DNA of 64,000 nucleotides from assembly GCA_028534125.1 (NCBI GenBank), contig CM052818.1, forward strand, positions 9,550,001 to 9,614,000, read 5' to 3'. The DNA is from Lama glama (Eukaryota). Both the position numbers and the translations under genes were made by a program. This document shows, piece by piece, positions 13,501 through 25,500 of the stretch; position 1 is the first letter of the stretch, and every line of letters starts with the position of its first letter. Below the pieces are notes generated by a model that did no database searches, was not told the origin of the DNA, and saw nothing but the letters and a program-made list of their open reading frames with translations.

Positions 13501-16500
13501 AGTAGCAGGTAACATGCTCCAATTTTTTAATACCCAAATTGTGTTTGTATTTTCAGATGTCCTCAAGGAACTTGTGCTTTTGAGTCCCCATGACTTTCTT
13601 CATACTCTGGTTCCATTTCTACAACACAACCATTGTACTTACCATCACAGTAATATACCAAGTATGTATTCATCTAGCACAGTACTTGAACATGGTTGGC
13701 ATTTAATCTTTCTGCACACTGAGATGGAGTTTTATTTTTTCCATTTATTCTTATTGTACACTTTTAATGTCTTAGTGTCTCTTGGACCTTATTTCCCTTG
13801 TCGAGAAAATATCAAGCTAATAGGAGGGAAAAGCAATATTCGGCCTCCGCGCCCTGAACTCAATATGTGCCTCTTGCCCACAATGGTGGAAACCAGTAAG
13901 GTATGTTGGGATGCCAGGAAAACCATCTTTCTCTAGTACACAGTAATTTGAAATTTCCCCTCTGGCAGTTATGAGTATATTAGACTTAAATGATCATTTT
14001 GTGGATCCTAAGATTAGACTCATTTGGACTTTTTAGTGCTCTAAAATGTTGGTTGAATATTTGCAAAATCAACAATAAGCACAAGTAGTAAGTCCCCCCC
14101 CCCCTCAAAAAATACCCTAACAGAAAGTCTCATTAGTATTTGTCACTAGGCTAGATTATAACTGGGTCATATATATAAACCTGAAAAGTCAAGTTAGGTC
14201 TTACTATTGTTTATATTTTGCCATATAATCAATGACTTCTTTTACTGCCCTTTAACTATTTTCCTTTGACCTAAGCCTAACTTTATCACTGATTGATAGG
14301 TTTCTTCATCATTTGTAGCCTAATTCTTGTCCTCCAATACTTCCTCTAAAATAATGCTAATTCTAAATTATAGAGAGGGTACATTGACACAGGATAATTT
14401 ATCTTAGTTCCAATGCCTCTCTAAAAAATGTTTCCACTTTATCTGTCTTCACCTCATTTTATTCACATTCTCTATTGCCCACTATCTTTGAATCTTAAAT
14501 ATATTTAAGAAGTTCTTATAAGATAAATATTAAAAATAATAGCAATGTAGTAACCATTACAGAAATAATTTGGAATCTATTTCAAAAATCAAATTTAATT
14601 CACTCTTCTTGATGATATGTCTGTAGAGCTAAAGTGTCACATTTTAAAATCCTCCAGTAAATTTACTTTATTAAAGTATATAGAAATCAGGGGTAATTTT
14701 AATTGATAGCCTTTGCACACTGAAAATAAACTTGTGACAATTAAGATCTTGATTAACATTACTAGAAACTTGGAATTTAAAACTAGATTCTTATAGAATT
14801 TAAATATTTAATCAACTTTTTAGTTAAACTTATTACATTTGCACAAAATATGCTCTTTAATTTATTATACAATTTAAGTGCAACCATTTTATCATCTTTA
14901 ACCTTCAGGGCAAAGATGACGTTTATGATCGTATGCTGCTAGACTACTTCTTTTCTTATCATCAATTCATCCATCTATTATGCCGAGTTGCAATCAACTG
15001 TGAAAAATTTACTGAAACATTAGTTAAGCTGAGTAAGTATAAAAGATGAGCAGTAAATTCCACTGAATTATTTTAAGCCCCTAGCCATTCAGGAAGGGGA
15101 GAAAAAAATGAGACAATCCTTTTTTTCTTTTTTAAAGTGAATGTTTAAAAATACTACTCATTCTTGGGAACATTTTAATTTTTATTAAGAAAACACCAAC
15201 TTACTGGTTTCCATTGAATAGTTCTGCCTAGAGTTTCAGCTGGCTTCTAAAGGAGGGTGGAGTAGGGCTGATGACTTTTGTACATAGAAGCCCAAGTCCT
15301 CCTCCATCTGCCCAGCAGAATTTAAAACAAAAAACAAAAACTGCTCTGCTTAGGGAGGGAGGCTTAGAGATGGACTTCTCTAGCTCTGATGTGGAGGGTA
15401 AGATGAGATCAGTCGTGCCAGCCATGCTTTGAAGCTGGCAGCACCCAAGAGCAAGCTGAGTGAACTTGCCAGGGTGAAGCAGAGGTGCATATATGAGTAA
15501 ATTAGGAGGTAAGTCTCATAAAATAGAGAGGTGAGTGAGAAGAAGGGAAGTTTGAAAAGAAAGACATAAGAAATAGAAAAAAAAAATCAGTGAATTATGA
15601 CGTTGGGGGAAGCCTTGATTTATTTATTTATTTTTGTGTAATGTCTGTCTAAGGATGTGCCTGAAAGCTGTTAGAGGACTGCTCCCTTTGGGTGACTTTT
15701 TCCAGCTGATTAGTCTTTGGAAGATACATAGCCCTCTGGATATCCCCTATCTCAGGGCCTCTAAAGTTCTCAGGCTCTCTGGAGCCCGTGAGTCTTTCCA
15801 TCTTTAGGGATGACCCAGGATCCTTGCCAGTGTTCCGTAGTTTTGTTTCAGAGCGTGGAAAGTGAAGTACTCGTGGAACCTCTACCCAGGTCAAAAAATA
15901 GAGTATTATTGTACCCTGGAAGTCCCCTTGTGCTCCTTCTCAATCACAATCTCTTCCTTCCCATGAAAAGAGTTTTGATCCATTATAGGTAGGGCAAAAG
16001 ATGTGAACATACCTTAGGTTTCATTATCCAAGATGAAGTGGTAAGAGCTGTCAGGGATAATTCTTCTTCAGAAAAACCATCTTATTGGTAAGTGATTAGA
16101 ACATCTTCAGATTTGAAAGGTTGTTCCTTCCACCTGTTATCATTAGCTGGTTTAAATATATGTGGCTGAGGATTGGGGAGGGAGTGGGTGAGGATATGTT
16201 TAGATTGACTATTTCATGATTATGTAACTGAGTTGTGGCACTTGATAAAAAGCTAAAACCTAGTGGCAATGATCAAGTGTGGGGAAATACCCAAGAGTTC
16301 TAGTAACACAGCCTTGCTCCCAGATAAGGAGGAAGACTTACAAAGATGCTGATCTTAAGAAAAGTTCTTAGTAACTGTGTTCCTATGATTTATAGTAAAA
16401 ATTATGTGAGGAGCTATTTTATCTACTTGAACAGCTCTGACCAAGTAGTGAATGTTCTAGTCTGTGTGGAATAGCCTTCCTCATCAACACAAAGACACAG

Positions 16501-19500
16501 TTTCAGGGAAATTCAACAGGAGGGAGGGTGGAGGGAAAGAAAGGACACACACTTAGCCATCCACATTAGCTGAATCAACTTTCATAATATTTTGTACTCT
16601 TATCACTCTTATACCCATGATGTGGATGCTATGTTTAGTTCTCTACATAAGCACTATTCTATAGAACTACCTACGAGGATGGACATATTCTCCAACTGCA
16701 TCACCAGCCACAGTATGATAGACACTAGCCACGTGTGAGTGTTAAGAACTTGAACTGTGATTAAGAACTGAATTTTTATTTTAACCAAATTAATTTTAAA
16801 TAGTCAGAAGTGGCTGGTGGCTACTGTATTGCGTAGGACCGCTCTAAACATAAACCAAAACCTTAAAAATTGAGCAGGAAAAGAAAATTTTCATGGTTAT
16901 ATCTTAGTTAATGCAGAAAATTGGACGTTATTTTGACTGTGAAGTAAAACAAAGACCTAAAAACAATGCCTTCCTTATGCCTCTTACAAATGGAGAGATT
17001 TTGTCCCAGTGTTAGAAGTTAACTCCCTCTTCTAGCTGAAATGACTATATCCAGGGAGAGGCCACTAGGAAAGTCCCTGAGAAAGCAAAGCCCACATTAT
17101 CAACTATAATGGGAAGTAGAGAGTTGATAGGGAGTTTTAATTTGTATGATTTCTTCAAGAAATTTTATTTGGCAACAAGGAGGGGAAAGGGTGAGTTTAA
17201 ATTGGTTATATCCTTAATCATTTTAGTCTTAAAGCTATAGGTGATCCAAGGGCCAGAATATTGTGATGATAGGTGGGATTATCTTAAGACCTATACTGGA
17301 TTGTAAGTCATTTCCAGATTTGAGGAAAAGTCTTTGTGCTAATTCTTTATATGGGTAACTGAGCAGATTTTAAGATTTGTTAGGGGGATAAAAAGATACT
17401 ATATAATAATTATAGATTAGAATTATAGGGGATAGAGTTGGAGGTCCTAAAGTTAAAGGGAAGGTAGGAATATTTTTGAAGTGAGGACAGTCAGGCATAG
17501 AGTTAGAGGAGACAGAAAAAGTGAGGAGAGAATTCAGGGAAGGTGAACAGAGCTGCTGACTGCCATGTAAAATAAGAGTGTGATCTCTCAGATACACTGT
17601 TAGAAAAGAGTTTAGCCAGAAAACTTCTGAAAAAGAATAATAGGGTACTGGCACTATTGATTTCTAAAATAATAAAGATACAGTAATTAAAAAAATTTTT
17701 TTGGTATGTAATAAATAGTTCACAGTTCAGAACAGTATCGAAAAGATATACATCACCATATTGCTCACAAACCTGTCCCCCACCAATTTTATTCATTTTT
17801 GAACACTTATTTATTTGCATAAAAATAGCAAATATGGGTTTATTTTCTCCCCTTTCTTATGTAAAAGTCCTTCAAATCCTCAGAGGACTAACTGTGAATT
17901 GAACCTTCCACTGTATTCATTATATATTATTCATTCATTTTATATAAATCTTGAACACCCTCTGGGGCTCCTGGAACCAATCCACCTGGATACCTAGGGA
18001 GTGGCTGTAAACTCTGAACGATTAATTCAATTATGCAATGCAGATATGAAAACACATAGGCAGAACAGTGGAAAAAGAGCCCCAAAACAAACATAAGGAT
18101 ACATGAAGATTAAGTAGATAATAAAGATGACATATCAGATTAGTAAAGAATGGGTAGTATTGCAATCATTGCATTGGTTAGCTGTCTGGGAGAGGAGGGG
18201 CAAGACTTTAATATCTTTGCTCCTTAGACCAAAATATATCCCAGGAGGAATAATTGTGAAAAATAAAATCCTAGAACTATTAAAGAAAAAACAGATCATA
18301 TGGATACCACCTTGAGGATTTGAAGGACCATGTTAATTAAGCAGAACACAAAACCCAGAAACAACATAAGAAATTGAATATTTTGACTACATAAAAATTG
18401 AAAATACTGTATGTTGAAAATGCCATAATTGAATTATAATAAATACAGCTAATGGGGAAAATAATTGGATTCTTAGCAGGTAAATGGCTAGTACAAAAAG
18501 TTTTTAGGATTCAGTAAGATGGTCAAGAACAGCAAAGGACATGAACAAGGCAGTTCACAAACACACATGCATGCACAGAGTAAATGTTTGGTAACCATAT
18601 GAGAAGTTGCCCGTCCTTAACTAATAAAGCAAACAACAATAATTTCTCCTTTTTCTCAACTATGAGATAAAATGTAGGTGATTATGCATACTTACACAGT
18701 TTTGAGGAAAGAGGAGATCTTAATGATGGAGTCAGTTTGGAGAGACAATTTGGCAGTGTCACTTTAAATTGTCTGTGCCCTTTGACCCAGCAATACCAGA
18801 TCTAGGAATTGACCCTAAATCTAAACTCATAAAAGTTACAATAACATACATAAGATTTTAATTTTCACTTAGTTTCTGTTTGGTAAAACTGGAAACAACC
18901 CAAATGTCCATCAGTAGAAGCTTAGTTATATAAAACATTAATCATTTGTATTATATAGTCTTTAAAATAAAAAAGGTAGGAATTGACTTGGATCACATGA
19001 AAAAAGCAAATTGGAAAATATATAGGATATGACCAGGGGAAAGAAAAACAATGATTTTTGTTTTTCAACAATTTTTGTTTTTCAACAATTCTTTTTGTTT
19101 ATTTGTTTGGGGGACAGAGGGGATTAGGTTTACTTATCTATTTTAAAGGAAATACTGGGGATTGAACCCAGGACCTCATGCATGCTAAGCATGCACTTTA
19201 CCCTCTCCCCCCAACCCCCAGGATTATTCTCTTAACTGTATAAGGATAAAATTATGAGATGCTTTTATTTTCTAGGTTAAATATCTGTAAGATTCAAATT
19301 ACTTGTAATGACCATGCATTGGTTTTATATTGGGAGAAAAATCAATTTTTCAAACTATTAGAAAACTGGCACTGCAAACTCTTAATCATACCGATTTTTT
19401 TAGGTACCATAGTGCACATGGAAAGTTAACAAGATGTTCAAGTAAAATTAAACTAACAAATCCCTAGATTTCACGTTTAAATAATTTTAATTTTTAGAGA

Positions 19501-22500
19501 CAAAACAATCACTGCTATTATTTGACATTATTATATCAAAAACATTTTTTTGAAAGTTATACTACTGCCTTAATAAGTAAAAGTTTTTTTTGCAAGTAGC
19601 ATGATGATGTACCTAGAAAATCCAAAGTCTCTAGAACTAAAAAATTAGTATAGTTGATAGAAGTAAACACATTAAAAATTCAAATTATAAAAAGCACAGC
19701 TCTGGTTCATGCTTCACCTTTTTGTGATATCAAGGTGGTATTGATTGGAGAAAAAACTGGTTAGCTGTTTCCCAGAAAGCTGCTTAGGATGAATATACTT
19801 CAGACAAGTGCCATCCATCCAGTGCGGATCAGAAGCCAGCTTTTACCCATCCACAAGGGCAAATCCATTTATCCTAGGCTAATACATAGTAATTATATTT
19901 AATAGACATAATTCAGAGGTTGGTTACCAGTTTGTTAATTTATAAAGAACTGGCACAGGGATCTAAATATTACATAGTAGGGCCAGCAGATTTTTTCCAG
20001 TAACCTAGACAGAAAGCCAAATAAACAGCAGTAGGTTGCTTAGTGGGCTTGAAGTCAGAAATAGGGGAATTAGAAGAGTCAAATGTGATATTCTTAGGCT
20101 AAGATATCTTGATTCAGTCTTGAAGTGGAGCATTAGCCAAGGGCTTTCATACGGTAGATGAAGCTCCCACTTCCCATGGGTAGTGCTTGGATGGGATAAA
20201 TATTCCTGTAGAAAGCTAGACAGAGAATCGTAACACAATTCAGATAGGAGAAACCCTAACTAGTAAATATACGTATGAAATATTTCATCCTCACAGCAAA
20301 CATCTGAATTACCATTTTATCTCCAAAAGCAGTTTTTTAAGTTTTTCTCTTAATAACACACCCAGCAGCTTCTGTAGAGTAAGGTGCTGTTAATGAGTAA
20401 AGATATGTTTGGGGCAGCTTTTCATCATTGTATATTAGTTCCTTCATGGGTGGGAATGAGGTGGGGTTAAGGACCCTATTAAGGGTGCCTGAAGTCACAG
20501 GACGAAGAAAGATAAGTGATAACAGGAGCCAGTATGCTTGAGGCCTGCCCATCTTGTTTACTGAGACAAGGCTTGGAAGTGTGCCTGAGAACACTCATGA
20601 TTGCGTCTCCCTGTACCTTGCATGCAGTAAGTGAGACATCCCAGAAAGTGTTGGAGGAGGAGTGTATGGAGTAGGACTGGCCTCTACTTTAAGTCACAGA
20701 GCCAAGATGGCGCTGTATCCTCAGTGCTTTGCGGACATGCTGGAAAGAAACTGATAACTCTTGCTCTTAAGGGATGGCCTGCCTTCCAGAGGACATGCAG
20801 CTCAGATAGGAAATATGACTGTGAAAGAGATGTCTTTAGCTCACCATGGGTGGCACAGTGTTGTCCAGAGTCTAGTGTACAAGACGGTCCAGGGAAAATA
20901 ATTTTTATATTAATAAATATGTATGGATCTGTATTACAAAATTACGTAACTCGCACAGCAAATCCATGATTTTCCTGGATGTTAAATTGCTGAAGATAAG
21001 GCTAATGGCAGTATTAGGCTTTCTGAGTGAATCTAAAGAACAGTACCAAGTAGACAGTGTACAAGTGACAGACAGGTAGGAAAGCAGTCATGAAAAGATA
21101 CAGGGATGCCTGAAGTTTGGGGAAACACTGATTATTTAATAGATTATGGGCTTTGGCATCAGATAAATCTGGGGTAGGCACAACTGTGTCACTCACTGGC
21201 TTTTGGCATGAAGGTGGTCAGATCTCTCTGAACCTGACTTCCTCATCCAAAAGGGGGCGGGGTGGTGAATGAGGATAAAATACTGCCTCCCAAAGTTGAT
21301 GAGAAAATTAAATGTGATTATCTGGCATACCTAGCACAATAGATGTCAGTATATGTTTATTTCCTTCTTCACTTGTAAAATAAAGATACTTGAATTGTAT
21401 CACTTAGAAACAATCTTAGATTGTGGAAGGCCTCCTTGTGTTTTTGTTTGTTGTGATAGTGCTAGCTTTTCAGTAGTTGTGGAGAGTAGGAATAAAGATT
21501 GTTCTACTTTGAGGAATAATTGGGAGAAAAAGACTAAAGACTAGAGAAACTTAAATTGTAGTATAAAGCCTGCTCTCACGTGAGAGGGTTTATGCCAGGG
21601 CAGCCTCTAGTTTAGGGTTGGCAGACTCATGGGCTATGGGCCGAAATGCCACCTCCTGCTCTACTTTATGGTAATTATGATGCAGAGACATGGAAGCATA
21701 GAAACTCTCTTCCTTGTAGCCAACAGTGTTGGTGACATACTCTTGTTTGCTTATGTGTATGGAGATGTTACAATGGGTAAATGCCTCCAACCCCAACCAC
21801 ATTAGGTTAGGATCAAGGGGAAAGATGATAGTTTCCTTGGTTCTTGACAAAGGGCTTAATCTTGACAAGAAAATAAAGCAGTAGGCTTTCCCACGAAAGG
21901 GAGTCTGGGCATCCTTGGATGACTAAATTGAGTGACTGATGTCATTTCCCTTCCTGAGGTTTCCTAAGTCCACGGTCTGACACAGGGCCTGGAAAACAAT
22001 GGCCTGCATGCTGCCTGGTTTTGTATAACCATTGAGCTACGTGCAAGCTAAGAAGGGTTTTATATTTTTAATGGGTTTTTTTAAGATTATTCTAAAGATT
22101 TTATACATGAAAATTGCAAGAGTTTCTAATTTCAGTTTTCTGAAAGTTTTATTGAAAGACAGCCACACCCATTCATTGAGTGTTGTCTGTGGCTGCTTTC
22201 ATACTGCTTCTGCAGAGCTGAGCACCTGCAGTAGACAGAACAGGCTGCGAAGACTAAAATACAGGTATCCCCTGATTTTTGAAAGTTCACTTTATGCCAC
22301 TTCGCTTTTATGAAAGACCTACATTAGTACCTGTTTTTGCTAACCAAGAGAAATCCAAAGAGGATTTTTGCTTTTACAGAAAATGGTTATTGCTTTTTTG
22401 CTTTATGTTGTTTTGGTTTATGAAAGGTTTCTTAAGCCAGGGAAGCGTGTATTTATTATTTGGCCTTTTACAGAAAAGGTTCGCCAACTTCAGGTGTTAC

Positions 22501-25500
22501 TGATAATTTTTTTTCTTAACTGGAGGAGGATAACTTGTATTATATTTTTCTTCTCCATGGTTATACTTTCCCGGAGGTGGGAGTGCTGGAGGATGGGAAA
22601 CTTACTTTACTGACTGTGGCATTACAGCTTCTGTGCTTTGGGAGATGTAGGAGGGCAGAGGGTAGGGGAACAAATTTCTTAAAAGATATGCGTGACATCT
22701 GGATTAATGAAGAAGAGGAAAAATTAAAACCCTAGATATTCCAAATAGGATACTGACATACAGCTAAGAATGGTCCATCCAGAAGATCCTGGGGACAAGG
22801 CTAGAAGCTGTTAGACCCAGAGCAGAGTTTACATTAAATCTACTGTAAAGGTAATTCTCCCTGTTTTAGGAGAAACAAGATAAAAAAGGAAATAACGCTC
22901 TCTGTTCTAATTCTTCACATCCTGTTTGACCTTGCTCCCCCGTCCCACTGCAGTCTAGCTATTCCATGTAAATTATCTAATATGCAGAGTGGTACCTTAA
23001 TCCAAGTAACCTTTGTTAAATTGTCTCAGGTGAAGTTCTAATACTCAGAAAGCAGGATCAGTTTAAGTTGCCTCAGGTCCTTCTGGGAATGAGGTATGGG
23101 ATATGAATAAAGTCAAAGTATGCTACACTCTAAATTATTTCACTGGTTAAAACATCATAATGAATTCTTCCCCTTAAAGTACTTTATATATTTCTAAAAC
23201 AGAAGATACAGTTATGATTGGAAATAGCTCTATAATGTTGTACCTGCAGAGTTTAATATACCTTAGTAGTATATTTATAATTATAACCTATTCTGATTTC
23301 TTTTCAAATATTAGGTGTCCTAGTTGCCTACGAAGGTTTGCCACTTCATCTTGCACTGTTCCCCAAACTTTGGACTGAGCTATGCCAGACTCAGGTAAAG
23401 AGAATGAGTTTTAGATGCCTTGGTCTTTCATCTCATCTGACCATGTAGTCAGTAGTTCTAGGAACAATGGGTTAAAGACTTGCTGGAAATTGGGGTTGTT
23501 ACAGACTCTTGATAGCTTAAATATTATTAAATGGAAGTAACAGCTATTAAGCAATGGGCATCTAGTTGGCCTTTGAGGTTTTTTTTTCACTTCTGTAGAT
23601 TTGTTTGACAAAGGATATTTCAAATAAGCTGTTTATAATTAAATCCCTCATGTGTAGGTCAATGTAAACAGTTGTGGTAAAACAGGGAGCTATTAGGGCA
23701 AGAAGGCATATGCCACTTCTGGCTCTCCCTCACCTCCCCCATCTGTTTCTTCTCCCCTCCACTGTTCCAGAAGCTCTAGCAGAAACCATTTCAGTAGTCT
23801 GTCCTTTACCTTTTGCTGATCTATTACCTCAGGGAATTTTTTCAAGAGTCTGATACACTTATTTTTTATTGAGTCTCATTGAGAACAGGAAACACGGTAC
23901 ACACTACCTTAGAATCTTAAGAGCCAGCCCCTTAAAGTGATAGGCACCTAAGTAATGCTTGTTAAATTGTGGAGAGAGAATGGTGGAGAGAGGAGAAATC
24001 ATACTGGTCCTAAGGTTTATTAGCCCATTCCTTACATCAGGTATCCCCCCGTCCTTAGACCCTAAAAAAACTGTTTTTATTGCCTGATTGCATCTGCCCA
24101 TTCTCAGAGGATGAGATGAGTTTATTAATTCCTTTGACATAAACCTTTACCCACATTTAGTATCTGGAATACTTTGAGTCTGGCCCAGCCTCCTGCCCAC
24201 GAGGTAGTGCTCTGTATATTCTCATAATGGATGTGTCACATGGTACTGTAATAGTTGATTACCTCCTTGCCCCAAACCATGAACTCAAGTGTAGAGACTT
24301 GAAGAGTCATCTCTATTCCCTGAAGTGTCATTCTGTTTCCTATAGTAGGAATCTTTGATAGGCTAGTATGCTTTAATCACACGACTTAGTACATGGTAGA
24401 CATTCAGAAAATGACTGACTTTTGAGCTGAGAGTTCTGTCCAGTAAATTGGAGATCTCTGCTTTTCCCCTCTGCCACTATTGCTTTTTTCATTCTTCCTG
24501 GTTTGAGTCGTTGCTTTTGGTTTCTGTACTCTGCCACCGCCTATTGCTTCCCTGTTGCTTTATCTGCTTCTGCACTGTACTACTTCCTTTACTTGGCTTT
24601 TTTCCCACAGAATTCATCACCCCCCAGTACTTAAAGCTAAACCATCTAAGGCTTCCAGGGCTCCTGCCAGTCCTATAGGAGCAGCTGTGCTGTGCAAGAA
24701 ACACAGGCAGCAGGCAAAGACTGACCAGTAGAATAAGACAGATTTTCCTGATACCAGGGATCTGAAGACCTGGGTGCGCTAGTCCCTCTTGACTCCTTAA
24801 TTTCTTGGGTGACCTTGAGCAGTTCACTTACCACGGTGCTTAGTCTACTAAAACATATAAGTATATACATATGCATGTACATGTTATCTAAATTTTATCC
24901 TTTTGTTTTCCGTAATGATCTTATTAAAACACACATGTAAATAATCTAGGGGCTGTACCTACTTAAAGACATACTACTTGTGTTTAAGAGCCATGACCAT
25001 TTGAAAACAGGAAAGCGAAATTTTAGTAAAATTTCCATATATTGGGACCCACTAATTCTGTGAGGTAACGAGGAAAAGAGGTTTGTTGTTTACTTTTGCA
25101 GGTATTTATGGGGGAAGGGTATTTAACAGACGGTTACTATTGTTAGTGAGATTACACAGTGAGAGTTTTAATGCACTTTAGAGAATAAATTTAATTCTTA
25201 AAATGTGTCTTTTTTCTACCTGTGATTTAGCATTGTTCCTCTGAAAACATTCCTATTTGCCATTCTGACTTGGCCAGTCCTTATTCACTTTCATAATGCT
25301 AGATAAATAAAGCTGCATTTCTATTGAAACAGCTGTTCAATTTTGCCATTCAAACTTCTTACAAGTCTCTTCTTCTAACATTCAGCCATTTAGTCCAATT
25401 TAGTAATACTTCAATTTATTGGAAGGACAGTTGCTGACTGAAAGCTTAGTAGACAAAAGTGACTTTTCCAGTAGGATTTAAAATGACTTTGGATGTACAT

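Noticed and set aside
15230..16380. Possible old LTR element(s) in a USP34 intron
   Set aside because: Composition is suggestive, but I could not identify termini, a TSD or a family, so it is not listed as a feature
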